Shown here in pieces: positions 44,772 through 59,662 of a DNA stretch of 64,000 bases. The stretch's first letter is position 1, and every line of letters begins with the position of its first letter. The stretch is from Octopus vulgaris (Eukaryota), in NCBI GenBank assembly GCA_951406725.2, contig OX597828.1:29636001-29700000 (forward strand). Reading direction: 5' to 3'. The notes under the pieces were generated by a model that saw nothing but the letters and a program-made list of their open reading frames with translations, was not told the origin of the DNA and did not search any database. The position numbers and the translations under genes were made by a program.

Positions 44772-45140
44772 TGTGACTCCGGTTCGGTCTTATTACTGGT
44801 AGGATTTCTATGGGTAGCGGTTTACTACCGGTCACCTTAGGTATCCACTCGCTCTTTCAAGTGCTTAGAACCCGCCTGATAATCTTTCATGTCCCATAGA
44901 GGCAGACTTTCTGTAGAAGCTCTACAGGACATTCTACTCCATCTCCTTCAACCATTTGTCTACATCTTTACTCACAGTTCCCAAAGCACCAGCTACTTTT
45001 AGGCAAAATCTTTATAGCTTTCATACTCCAAATTCTTGCTATTTTAAATTTTAAGGAATTGTATTTCACTTTCCGTCCTAATTTTTAAAACGATCTTGGA
45101 ACCATACGGACAAAATGGATCAATTTGTAACCAGCTTCGC
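44772..45140 (-). mobile_element. R4/Dong-type LINE 3' end (third subfamily)
   Basis: GALGTVSKDVDKWLKEM..ECPVELLQKVCL..IIRRVLST* followed by a 3' UTR and short (TAA)n. Confidence 0.8.
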
Positions 45141-45227
45141 TTTTCCCTTTCCATTATTGTTATGTCTGGTTATTATTTGCTAGCTTCATGTTCGATTGAA
45201 TAAGAAAGTACCACAAGTCCACATAAC

Positions 45228-46262
<1,035 letters not shown>

Positions 46263-46329
46263 ATAATAATAATAATAATAATTATAATAATAATAATAAT
46301 AGTTATGATAATAATGACAATAATTGGAA

Positions 46330-46450
46330 TTTGACAATGTACTAACTATAGAAATGAAAACGAAACTTGAGGAGTGCATGAGAAGGGTGAGGAAGCCAAT
46401 GAAGTCAAAACTAAATGGTTCGAATCTAGTGAAGGCTGTAAATAGCAGCT
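46330..46450 (+). mobile_element. R4-type RT C-terminal scrap
   Basis: EMKTKLEECMRRVRKPMKSKLNGSNLVKAVNS resembles EY.RRVRKILKSKLNG.N.IKAINT. Confidence 0.7.
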
Positions 46451-46510
46451 TTTGTAGATGGGATAAAAACTGAATTAGCAAAGCTAGACAATTATCCTAT
46501 TTTTAATTTG

Positions 46511-46577
<67 letters not shown>

Positions 46578-46649
46578 AGAGAGTGAGGGAGAGAGAGAGA
46601 GAGAAAGAGAGAGAGAGACAGAGAATTAGAAATATGAAAGGTTAAGCTA

Positions 46650-46692
46650 CTCCGACTGATGAAGTGCAATTACCCTGAAACTAGTCTCTGGG
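46650..46692 (+). ncRNA. Minimal type I hammerhead fold
   Basis: CTCCGA CTGATGA AGTG caatta CCCT GAA ACTAGT C TCTGGG. Canonical core, palindromic stem III ACTAGT and GUC site; one mismatch each in stems I and II. Confidence 0.7.
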
Positions 46693-46855
46693 GTTTGTTG
46701 GGTGGAGGTGTTTATCTCTCCTCTTTGAAAAGGTAAGGATACAGAACGCTTGTGACGCGTAGCCAAATTGAAACGGTGTTTCGTAGAGCTGCTCAGCAGT
46801 AGCATTCTTCCCTTTTCTGGGACTACCACATTAAGTTGATAACAAGCCATCACTT

Positions 46856-46926
<71 letters not shown>

Positions 46927-46931
46927 GCATG

Positions 46932-46976
<45 letters not shown>

Positions 46977-47017
46977 GCATGTATAAATATATATATATGT
47001 ATGTGTATAAATATACG

Positions 47018-47071
<54 letters not shown>

Positions 47072-47490
47072 TATATGTAGTCACAATGAGGATATTCAAA
47101 TCTCTTATATGAATATTTTAATCCGAGATACACTGGTTTAATATATTATATTTTGAAGAGATAATCCTTCAATGAATATATTATTTAAAATACCGTAAGA
47201 TGTCAAACATTATCGAGTACGAAAACAGAGATTTCTAATGGGTACAAATTAATTAAATATGTAATTGACATATTCGCCTACAACTGTTTCATTTCACAAA
47301 CAAAACCAAAATTATAAAAAACAGACATGTTTATTATGTGTGTAAATCATGTCTATATATTCTGAGTGTTCGAAACAGATTATAATATATATATAATATA
47401 TATATAATGAAGGTGACTAGAAATAATTCAAAACGAAAAAGGGAGATTACTTTACCGTCATTAAAGTGTGACGAAGTGGAAAGGGATTAT

Positions 47491-48233
47491 CAGCATTGCT
47501 AGAAATAAGAGTGAAAGATCTCTTTAGCCATAAAAGCACCATTTCTGTTTTCTGACAGGGGAGACAACCTCCCCACCGCATTTAAGAGGCGTCAGATTGG
47601 GATGACAATTTTGCATGGGATTTAGTTCGTTTCAGTAATGCTTGCTCCACTGAGGGTGGTGAAGTGAAATTCTACCCCGTCAACATATATAGATTGTACC
47701 GTAGGAAACAGTGACTGATTCCACAAAATGTTAATATGAAAAGGATAAAATAATGAAGGTGGCTAGATGCAATTCAAAACCAATTGCAGTGGGGGAATTG
47801 TCTCCCCTGTCAGTAAATAAAAAATGTGCTTTTGTGGCTAAATGTTATTTGACTCTTATTTCGAGCAATGCTCGTGCTCCCTGCACGTTTTGTCACTGTT
47901 TAGTGAGGATGAATTATTTCCTATTTGGGTTTGAAATGCGTCTAGACATCGTCATTATTTTATCCTTTTCTCGTTAGCATTTCGCAGAATCAGCTACTGA
48001 TTCCTATGATTGAATCTATATATACTGAAGGGCTAGAATCAAACTTCACTACCCGCAAACGCGTAAGTATTACTGCTGAGCATTAAATGTCATGCAACAT
48101 TTGCATGCCAATCTAACGCCTCTCAATTGCGGTAAAGAGGTTGTCTCTCTTGTCTGTAAATAAAAAAAATGTGCTTCTGTGGCTAAAAAGTTCTTTGGTC
48201 CTTATATCTATCAATGCTGGTGCACCCTGCACC
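47491..48233. repeat. Three diverged copies of a 105-125 bp unit (- 47491-47600; + 47782-47886; + 48108-48233)
   Basis: Shared TTGTCTC(C/T)C(C/T)TGTC..GTGCT..TGTGGCTAAA..CAATGCT; one inverted and two direct copies. Confidence 0.75.
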
Positions 48234-48261
48234 CTCCGTCATATATATATATATATTTTAT

Positions 48262-48638
48262 ATAGCTTGCTAACCAACCACATGGTTCCAGGTTCAGTCC
48301 CACTGCGTGGCATCTTGGGCAAGTGTCTTCTGCTATAGCCCCGGGCCGACCAATGCCTTGTGAGTGGATTTGGTAGACGGAAACTGAAAGAAGCCTGTCG
48401 TATATATGTATATATATATATGTGTGTGTGTGTGTGTTTGTGTGTCTGTGTTTGTCCCCCTAGCATTGCTTGACAACCAATGCTGGTGTGTTTACGTCCC
48501 CGTCACTTAGCGGTTCGGCAAAAGAGACCGATAGAATAAGTACTGGGCTTACAAAGAATAAGTCCCGCGGTCGAGTTGCTCGACTAAAGGCGGTGCTCCA
48601 GCATGGCCGCAGTCAAATGACTGAAACAAGTAAAAGAG
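48262..48638 (+). mobile_element. CORE-like tRNA SINE, nearly complete
   Basis: GGTTCAGTCCCACTGCGTGGCATCTTGGGCAAGTGTCTTCT core, internal (TA)/(TG) tract, and 3' GCATGGCCGCAGTCAAATGACTGAAACAAGTAAAAGA. Confidence 0.9.
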
Positions 48639-48660
48639 TATACACAATTATATATATGTA

Positions 48661-48715
<55 letters not shown>

Positions 48716-49350
48716 AAAATTTGTTTCTAGAAAAGAAAGAAACAGGTTGTTGTTAAATATTTTATTGTGATCATTATAGTAGGCTTCTGTTGAAAGATCT
48801 TTTTCATCACGACCTGATCGTTACCCGACAGCATAGCAAAGGATACGACTAGTTGTAAAATTATTCCTTCATTAACTTCGGACAACATCATGCATAGCAT
48901 ATTCTAATATGTAAAACCTTATGCACTGACCTGACAATGTCAAATAGACCTGAACGCTTCTCTATAAATGTTCCTAATATGAAAAGATCAGCTTGCCCTT
49001 TCTCTACGCATGCAAATTAGATCATGAAATATATCCTTGATTTGTTGAAATTATACTCTCTTGTCATTGCAGTCACTGACAATTATCGTCCAGTTAGAAA
49101 GAAATTTCATTAAATTATAAACTGATTGCGTACAGCACCCAATACCTTACCCTTCAATTTACATTATCCAATTTCATTGCCAACAGATACTTTGTCGTAT
49201 TGACCTTCGCTCGTTTCAGTTACACAAATACACACACAGGCAAATATATATATATATATATATATAACTGGAAAGATATATACACTCACTCACACATTTA
49301 TACACCCATACATAAATACATATGCATACAAACATACATATATATATATA

Positions 49351-49431
<81 letters not shown>

Positions 49432-49558
49432 GTATGTATGTATGTATGTATGTATGTATGTATGTATGTATGTATGTATGTATGTATGTATGTATGTATA
49501 TATCTAAAATTATAAGAATGATAATTAGTGACAGAAGCAGTATCGATAGCGAAAGATG

Positions 49559-50042
49559 ATATTTATCTCCGCTTGAAAGTGAACGTTATATTAGAAGACG
49601 GAATACTGCGGTAGTTACCATGAAAGAACCTTTCATATTGGCTTTCGGAGTGTAAAAACAATCTTGTTTATATCGCTAGCAGGCAGATAAATCCCCCACT
49701 ATCACCATCGCCGACACCACTGAATCACGTGATTTCAGCCTTTCTTGGCTTTGTCGACAGCGGATGCCCGGACGCTAGAGACCAAAGTGATGAGTCACCG
49801 CTAGTGATACATAGAATCACAGTGCCAGAACAATATCTATCATTGACAAAGCCAGGAAGGTCGAAATCATGTGATCTAGTGATTTTAATGCTGGCGATGT
49901 CGGATGATCCATCTTCCACTAGCGATATAAACACGAGTGCTTTTCAGCACCGAAAGCCAATGCGAGATGTTCTCTCATGGTAACTACTGTAGTATTCTCT
50001 GTTCTAACACAACATATCCACTTTTAAGTGGAGATAAATATT
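49559..50042. mobile_element. Fold-back element of about 480 bp with diverged inverted arms
   Basis: GAATACTGCGGTAGTTACCATGAAAGAAC pairs with GTTCTCTCATGGTAACTACTGTAGTATTC. Complementarity extends out to ATATTTATCTCC/GGAGATAAATAT and in to about 49763/49836. Confidence 0.85.
49717..49763 (-). ncRNA. Type I hammerhead fold, U3-A8 core variant
   Basis: Reverse complement: CCGCTG TCGACAA AGCC aagaaa GGCT GAA ATCACGTGAT T CAGTGG. All three stems intact. The sister copy at 49836-49882 (+) has core TTGACAA. Confidence 0.7.
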
Positions 50043-53000
50043 TCATTATGTTACATTATATGTATGTATATTATTATTATTACATATATATATATATATA
50101 TGTTTTGTATTCGGTACAATTTGTTTATTTTAGTAGTTTTTACTGCAAAAGTCCCTCCTAGCGTGCGGTACCTATGAATAATAGTACCCTCTATATAATA
50201 TATATATATATATATATATATTTATCTTTGTGTGTGTGTGCGTATGTGTGTGTAGGCTTGTGTGTGAGACTGTGTGTATATGTATGTGGGTGCGTGCGCA
50301 AATGTGTGTGTGTGTGCCTGTGTGTGTGTGTAACAGTTTGATTTGGTTCCAAGCAACTTAAATCATCGTTGGCTCGACACACGGATCTTACTCGGGTAAC
50401 CAAATGAAGAGCTGAAGGAATTCAAGATGGCTACCGTAGATCGAGCTGCTATTGGTCAAAGCGGGTGGTCACATGGTGCTGTTGATATTAGTATCAATAT
50501 CCAGCGACGTGAAATAGAAATCTGAATCTACATTTCTCGGATTGCAGAGTGTGACAACATGTTGGTGGCTCCTCGCTGTGTTAGTAACATGAGCGATAGT
50601 CCTCAGTCGCAGCAGCTACCGGTATGTGTGTGTGTGTGTGGGGCATTTGCTTATTCTATGAAAGCGCATTATGCGTGCATATCTGGCGTATATGCGTAGG
50701 TGTCTGATGTGCGAATATATGCATTCGAGCCGCCGGCATCAGCTCGTTACTGCATTTGTACGGGTGTGCATGGATGTGTGTACGTGTGGATGTAGGCGTG
50801 TATCGGCTGTTTGTGTATGTTTGTGAACGCATATACGTGTGCGTGCATATCAACTGTGTGCATGTGCGTGTATACACTATACGTGTTTATAAGTGATGCT
50901 GTGTTTGAGTTTGTTGGTGTGCGTGTGTTAGCGTATGTGCACGTATAGGTGTGCTTTAGTATTAGCTGTATATGTGTATAGGTGCGTACCTGTTTGAGAT
51001 GCATGTATGAGGGCGTGGGTATGAATATGTCTGACAGAAAGTGTATCTGTGGTCTGAGCTGGTCGTGGAGATTAGGCACTTTGTCCTTGCTTAGGTAGGA
51101 AGCCATTACTAAGGTGACATATACGGGTTGTTGGTGGTCAGCGACTTGAAGTTTAGAAGGAGGGCGTATCTTTGGTAGCAAAATAGTTTCGTTTGAAGAA
51201 TACAGCAGTTTGGTGGAAATATTGCAGTCTTTCGCTGGGGAAAAGCTGATAATTTCAGGTAACGAGTGAGATGGGGGTCTTGTCTATGATGGTCTATTTA
51301 ACGTTTAGTAAGTCGTACCGAAGGTCATGAAGTCTCTATATAAGGAGGTGTTTTCTCTCTCCCTGTATCTGAGGGAATGCATGTGCTGTGTGCACCTTCA
51401 CTTGAAATTATTAGCCATCATACCCATGTAGTGCTTTGCGATGCCGTTGGCAGGTGTGAAGGTGGCATGTAGACCACAACTCTTGAGACACAATCTCGAG
51501 GGTTCGGTTGTGGTCTAGAGCTATTTCTATTGAACTGCTTTCAGTTCTTTGTTGGGTAGTCTGAAGCTGTGTCCAATTTAAAACCAGTTTAACAAGCGTC
51601 TGCAGGATTTGCATTCACAAAGATATGTTATGCATTTTCTTCGACCAATAGGTTCTGAAAATTATCCTGGAATAATGCTCAATAAAGTTGACTTATGTAT
51701 ATTTCCATGTCTAGGCTTAAAACACTAGTTCTGGTTTCGCTCACAAGTGGAGGATGAAAATCTTAATGTTCCTGGTAATTATAGAGCAGCAAAGAAACAA
51801 ACCATGTCTTCCGTCTGGTCGACACTGCTGCTCAGATACATAAAACTTAACTGTCCTCAAGTATGTCATCCATAGTATACTGACTCAGCCGTTGAAAAAT
51901 TGAGACTCATAACTCTCACTTTGCTTTCGAATATTCAGACCGACCGACTTTCAGAAATACTTCATTGATAGTAGCTCTTTTATTCAGCATCAGGTGTGTT
52001 ATATGAGACCGTAGTGCAAGGTCATATGCTTAATCAAACTAGTCTTCCACAGTGTCCACTAAAGTCCGGTCCGCTTGCCTACTGTGGTAGTTTCCATGAC
52101 TCAACCGACTACGAAGAAGAACAGCAAAGGAAATAAGAAACAACATTGGCAAACATCAATTTTAACTGTAAAATCAATTCTCACTTTTCCATCGTGGCTG
52201 TTCCTGCAGGATTTTTCCCTCTCTATTTTCTGTGGGATAACATTGTGTTTTATCAATTGCTACATAGTCTCACGGTGGGCCCTATCAAAAGCCTTTTACT
52301 AGTCAACGTAATTTAGATAGAGGAGCAGTGAACGATTTATATGATTGTTTACACTATGTTCCTTAAAGTATTTCTATGATCCGCACATGACGTTTTCTTG
52401 CGAAAAACAATTTGTTCTTCTCGTATACGGATATCTATTGTCTCCCCTCGAATGATCCGTTTGAAAACAGTGGCAGCGAGTGACAGCAGCATTTTGGACG
52501 GTGGTTTAGGCGTTTGTTGACATTTCTTTCCTTTGAAAGATTCACAAGGTATCTACATTTAAAACCGACGTGAAATTCTTTGTTTCAGACTTCTAAGAGA
52601 GCGAGTGTAGCCTTTGCATTGTAACTGTAATAGATTTAAAATGCCACCCATTCATTTTTTTTATTGAAAGACGGTTTGCGTTCACACAGTAAATGGAACC
52701 GTGTAAACATAGCAACAGCTATTTTGTTGTCAACTGCCCCTGTTTCCCAATAGTTTTCCTTCGGTATTTCGGACATTTTTTTCTGTTATTTCTTCACTTT
52801 ATTGTTCAGTTCATTATTATACATGTACGTTTGGATATCAAGTTGTTAACCGTTGTAGTGTTTGTTGCGAGGCATTAGTATTTATTAAAATCTATTTGGA
52901 TGTGAAAATATAATGTCTAAATATATTTTATAGTTTATAAACCATCTCTCGTTGTCTACTCTTTGCTGTCGAATCCAAGATTTTTCTTGGGCAATTACAG

Positions 53001-53115
53001 TTCTTTCTGAAAATACTCCAAATAAAATGTCACCTGGAAATGCTTGAATAAAACGTGTTTTCAGTGGAGAAGCAAAAACATGTCTTTACAATACCAGATT
53101 CAAATATAATAAAAA

Positions 53116-53184
<69 letters not shown>

Positions 53185-53502
53185 GCTACTGCTGCTGCTG
53201 CTGCTGCTACTAGTACTACTACTAACACACATGTAAATATATTCACGTGTATATGTTGGAAAGATTACTATAACTTTGTGTACATGAATAGATACGTCTA
53301 AAGTTGCGAACAAGTAGGAAGTGACAACCGCATTCAATATATATGGAACCGTGTGCGCAGATGCGTATGAGAAACCGCGTATATATTTTAGTATACGTGT
53401 ATGCCTGCCGATGCGTGTAAAGCTTTCGAAACAGCGTATAGGGAAGATTAACAGAAAGACAGGAAGACATATCTGTCTTGCTATTTTAATTTATCTTATC
53501 TC

Positions 53503-53553
<51 letters not shown>

Positions 53554-53638
53554 CATCCATCCATCCATCCATCCATCCATCCAGCAATCTATCTATCTAT
53601 CCATCCATCCATCCATCCATCCATCCATCCATCCATCC

Positions 53639-53697
<59 letters not shown>

Positions 53698-53785
53698 CAT
53701 CCATTCATCCATCTCGCTAGCTAGCTTGGTAATCTATAATTCTATTTCTCCTTTCCCCTATGCTTATGTGTATATAAGCGCCTGT

Positions 53786-53829
<44 letters not shown>

Positions 53830-53963
53830 AGAGAGACAGAGCAAGGAAGAATTAGAGAGATATGGAGAGATAAATTTATAGATGGGCGCGCTGGAAGATA
53901 GGTAAAAATAGACACAAGAATGAATGATGACGAGATTAAGGAACAAGAAGATTGTGTGTGTGT

Positions 53964-54021
<58 letters not shown>

Positions 54022-54710
54022 GAATGTGTGTGTATATCTGTTTGTGCGTGTGCGTGTGCATGTGGAAAGAGAGAAGGAGAGAGAGAGAGTAAGATATAGC
54101 TATGTAGGCATATACAAAAATGGGACAGTGTGTGCGATGGGGAGAAAAACGAGATTTATAGTGTATTTAATGCTTGGGATTTGAGTTTTAGATTTTAAAC
54201 TTAGGACTGAATGGTGGTAGCTATGTTTAAATACTTCGCTCCAGAGTTATTTCAATGTGATTTACTTTAAATGTCAAACAACGACATGGCGATTGCTTAG
54301 ACATAGTAATTACACGCTGTAAGAACGGTTTGCTTCAGCTATGGTAACTGAAAGATTCAGTCGAAGTTTGACTGTTACTCCCAACGGATTTATAACCCTT
54401 GACGGCCTTCATAGGATGAATGCACTCAGTGAACACGAATGGCCGACAAATAAACGGCACCAGCGTTGTTGTATGGTATGCGCATACAAGGAACGAGTAT
54501 GCAATATACACACACATGCATAAACACGCATCCACAGAAAGAGAGAGAGAGAGAGAGAGAGAGAATGACTTTCTTGTAGACTATTTGTCTCTGTCTCTCT
54601 CTCTATATATATGTATATATATCTGTGTGTATGTGTGTGTGTGCGTGCTTGTGTATGTGTTTGTGTGTGTGTATGAGCGTGTGTGTGACATACACATATA
54701 TGTATATATT

Positions 54711-54747
<37 letters not shown>

Positions 54748-54916
54748 GTGTGTGAATGTATACATATGTGGGTACAGATATATATATATATATATATATA
54801 TGTATATGTATATGCATGTATGTACATGTATATATATATGTATGTATATATATATATATATATGCATATATGTATATTTATATGTATATGTATATATAAA
54901 TATATATGTATATATG

Positions 54917-54959
<43 letters not shown>

Positions 54960-57359
54960 GTACATAAATATATATATACAAATACATATATATACATGTA
55001 TATATGTATGTATGTATATATTACATGCAAAAAGGGAGGGTTATAGGGAGATATGTGTATATGCTTTTGCATGTTTATATGGAAGTATAGGGTTCGTTTG
55101 GATACGAACGGATGCCAATGTGTATGTCTTTGTCTGCCACTCATAAACGCACCACCTTTTATTTACGGATGTTATGTATGAATCTCTCTGCATGTGTATG
55201 TGTTTGGTTTCTTTGCTACTAGTCACTATGCTTCTGTGTGTTCTTCTATATTCACATATACCGCTGTTAATTCAGCTTTTATCCTTTGCTGGACATTTCG
55301 AAAAATCGATTATTCCTGCCGATATACATTCATTTGTTGCTGAGTATAAGGAAAGTTATGAACGCCGGTTGCTTTATTTAAAGTGGTTGTCTACAATATC
55401 ACGTTTCGGGTTGGTTGTCTTTTACATATTTATTAGTTTAAGGTAAGTATTTCTCTTCTTACGAGGGCTGAACATCCCAAATCTGCCAACAAACCGTACT
55501 GTAACTTTTTATAGCATTGTCATTTAATTTACGAGGCGTGTAAATAATTTGAAACTAAACTGGCAAATGTTGTAAGCGAAATGTGAGCAAAGGTATTACC
55601 GTACTATGTCATAATTTAAAGACAGCCTTTCAAACGAAAACACACTACGACCAAAATGTATTTTTTAATTATTTCCAGTTTCAGCTCTTAGGTTATGTTG
55701 CTAGCAAACATTTACGCTTGTATCTTCGGTAAATCAACAGTTCTTATTCCTTACTTTCAGAGAAGACAAAGATGCGCAATATTTAAAGAGGAAGTAATAA
55801 GAATCCTTATCTTATCTTATATTGAGGTGGATGTGCAGAGCTTATTATCGTTTTTCAGATTCTCTGAATCTTTGGGGGAAAAGATAGAAGTATATTTTAA
55901 AATTGCATGTTTTTCCTCTAATCGCCGTACAGCTTACAGCAACATATATGAAGCGAGACGGATATGTATGAACAGTTTACGTCTTGTTCAGTGTCATTAC
56001 CTCGACTTCTACTTATAATTAATTTTGAAGTCATTTTAGAAACTGTTTCTCTTCTTCCACTTCTAGAGTGTTCTCTTTCTCTTTCCAAGTATCACACTCC
56101 CCCGACGGATATTGTAAAGATTAAAAATTGAAGGCTTTACATGATCAAGCAATTCCGAAAATGCCTTTGAACTTTAATGAAAAATGTAGGTGGGTTTATA
56201 TCACTTCCTGTAGATTTTTAGAATTGAACTTTGTCAGTTTAGTGTTTATCCGTAAACAGAGCAGATCCCACTAAATGCACCTAAAGACCGAAGGTAGTGT
56301 TAAACAGAGTGAGAGAGAGAGAGACTAAGAACAAGTACTTGCATTCTGACGGGTTCCTAAATAGTTTCTATCAAAAACTTCCACGCGAAAGGCTTCTATT
56401 AAAATGAAGCTGGTGTGCAAGACACATCAAGCTTTCATATAATGAGATTGAACGCGAAACCTCGTAATTTCAAAGGGAATTTTTAAAAACTTTATAGCCG
56501 TATTTGCCCCTGCGTTCGTGTTTAAATGATAAGTTTATATGACAAAAATATTCGACAAAGTAAACTAAAATAGTTCCACTTTTGTATTAAGAGTATTTCA
56601 AATATTTTCAATGATTCGGAGATTATTTTTCGTTGGATTATTTTAGATATTCACTCGCATACCATTGTTAATTTCTGTCTTGGAATTGCTGATGAAATAA
56701 CAAAATTGAATACATCTGTAATCTAATTTGAAATTATTTGAGTTTATAAAATGAAGTATTTGATAAAAAAAGATAAATTTCACAAGGGATTATAAAGCGA
56801 AAATTTGTTTTGAGCCTACCAGATTAATGGGATAAGTTCATGGGGTTGAAATGAAAAATCTCTGGCAGTATTAATTAAAGAGATTTCAATCATTATTTTC
56901 TCATTCTTTAGGTCAATTAGTACTGAAAACTTGAATCTGTCAGAACAATGAAATTAAAAGAGAGTCTTAATGAGGTTGGTGAGCGTTTGGAAATGTCGTC
57001 TAAGTACTAATCAGGCATTGTGATAACGTCTTTCACGCTTGAATAGTTTAGAATAACGAGGCTGCTTCTATAGATTCCTGTGAAATCGACTAATGAGGGG
57101 AAGGTCATGGATTAATATGGGGAAAGAATACTGTATTTTGCACTCGGAATTCGAAATTTTAATTACATTCATCGGAGAAATTAGGAATCCTTCTGCTTCC
57201 AATAAAATCTGTTTTATTACGTCAAGCAAATAACCTAATATCTGGGATTTTCATTGTTTAGTTAAATTACCAAGTGAGGATAAGGGAAAAACACATTAAA
57301 TTCTGATCCATAAAAGTTTAAGACCTTCAAAGAATTTCTAATCTGGCAATAATGTGCAT

Positions 57360-57558
57360 GGTGCAGCGAGCTGGCAGAATCATTGGTGCGTCGCATAAAG
57401 TGCATAGCGCCATTTCTTCCAGCTCTTTACGTTCTGAGTTTAAAATTCCACTGAGGTCAGTTTTGCTATTTATCCCTTCTGGATTGGCAAAATGAAATAC
57501 CAGTCAGATACCGGGGTCGATGTGATCGGTTTGTCTCCTTGTTCCCAAATCGCTAGTA
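57360..57558 (+). mobile_element. Meta-like SINE, diverged
   Basis: GCGAGCTGGCAGAATC head, TTCTGAGTTTAAAATTCC B box and core. Confidence 0.8.
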
Positions 57559-57560
57559 AC

Positions 57561-58820
57561 AGGATGTTTACCAACTTTGTAGAATTCTCTTTACTTCAGT
57601 TCTCAACCGTGATGGTCGTTTAAACAGTGATCCCTTCGTGAAATATGTTACTATTGTTAACTGCATGGTATTACCACTTGTGCATTCCTATAACACTGCT
57701 CACACATATGGTAAACCACTTCCAAATCTATCTCTTTACCATTCACCCGGGCCACCACTATGCCAAGTGCTAAAGTATTACAGAGTTGCTTTAAAGCAAA
57801 AAGTGTATCGTCCCCGTCACTTTCGCTTAAATTACCCTCAGACAATGCGATCCAGAACGTGTCTCCATCTTAATCTCTGTCCAAACATTTCCCTGTCTCT
57901 GTCTTTTTCCTACGCACGCACACACACACACACAGATAATCTTTTAAAGATAATGCCGTGATCTCATTCTTAGTTATATGCTACAGAAACCTGGGTAACC
58001 AGCTTTATGATTCCCTAGCGTCTAAGAAAAATTATTGTGTACATTACAACAATATCGATCAGATGCCTGCCAGTTCCATGCGAATAAGCCTTGGCAATGG
58101 TTGTATTTCAATTCTGATACTACAGACACAGGCACGCATGTCTTTCAAACCGTCGTGTTAATGTTCCTCCGTATAACACACCCAGCACAAACTGAATGCC
58201 TAAAGTCTCTCAAGTGATTCAATAATAACTACAGTGCAGCAGTTCAATCGAAAGCCCCAAAGAGTAGAACGTCTAGAGAAAATCGCTCATCCTTTCAAGT
58301 TGAGTAGCGTTTACTCAATATTATAGCTCTTGCAAAATTGTCACCCTAATTGCAAAGGAAATCCTCATATAGTGTATATCCTTCAAAACCTCTCGACTCC
58401 GAAACTGTAAACGATGATTGTCAAAAAGGATGTTTACCAGCTTTGTAGAATTCTCTTAACTTCAGTTCTCAACCGTGATGGTCGTATGAACAGTGATCCT
58501 TTCGTGAAATCTGTTATTATTGTTAACTGCGTGGTATTACCACTTGTTGTGCATTCCTATAACATTGCTCACACATATGGTAAACCACTTCCAAATCTAT
58601 CTCTTTACCATTCACCCGGGCCACCACTATGCCAAGTGCTAAAGTATTACCAAGTTGCTTTAAAGCAAAAAGTGTATCGTCCCCGTCACTTTCGCTTAAA
58701 CTACCCTGAGACAATGCGATCCAGAACGTGTCTCCATCTTAATCTCTGTCCACACATTTCCCTGTCTCTGTCTTTTTCCTACTTTTTCCTACGCACGCAC
58801 ACACACACACACACACACAC
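57561..58820. repeat. Local direct duplication of about 370 bp (57561-57933 and 58427-58820)
   Basis: Copies are nearly identical from AGGATGTTTACCA to CCTACGCACGCACACAC. Confidence 0.95.
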
Positions 58821-58859
58821 ACTCACTCACTCTCTCTCTCTCTCTCTCTCACTCTGTCC

Positions 58860-58903
<44 letters not shown>

Positions 58904-59609
58904 CACCCTTGAAAATACGCTTCAGTGTATTCCTTTTCTTCCCAAGAAGAGTAACTACTTTTATCGTGCCGAACATCGCCCTCTCGCGCTCAATTTTGAA
59001 GGTAACGGAATCAGTCTTTAATACAGGAATTCTCAAATATATTGAATAACTCTAAACTTAATATCCGCTAGTACGACATCCGTAAAGATTAATCAATTCC
59101 TATGTAATCCACCTGAAGGTGGGTGGTGTTCCCGCTTCAAAGGAATCTTGTGAAAACATTCAGGCTGATCCGTAATGCTAATCCCCTGTCAAAATTGGCG
59201 TCTGTGGATTACAACGTCTCTCATTTTCTGAATAAGAAGCTTCCTTTTAAATCACACTGTTGCGGGTTCTACCTATGGAACTCACTGACACACACACATG
59301 CAATCACACACACACACACACACATACAATCACACACACACACACGCAATCACATTCACGCACATCAAAATCACAGACACACATACACAGACACACACAC
59401 TCAAACACATCACAATCACACATACACAGACACTCACACACACATCACATTCAAACACATGTACACACACATACAATCTCATTCACGCACATCACAATCA
59501 CACACACACACACAGACACTTACACAAACACACACTTACACACACACACACCCACAAACACATCACAATCACACACACAGACACACTGACACACACACAC
59601 ACATCACAT

Positions 59610-59662
<53 letters not shown>

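Noticed and set aside
47270-47360. Minus-strand GAAACAGTTGTA half-hammerhead
   Set aside because: Core 5' half and stem I are not recoverable.
51466-51520. Hairpin TAGACCACAAC..GTTGTGGTCTA as a pre-miRNA
   Set aside because: Short stem with a 5-nt bulge, no recognised mature sequence and no expression data.
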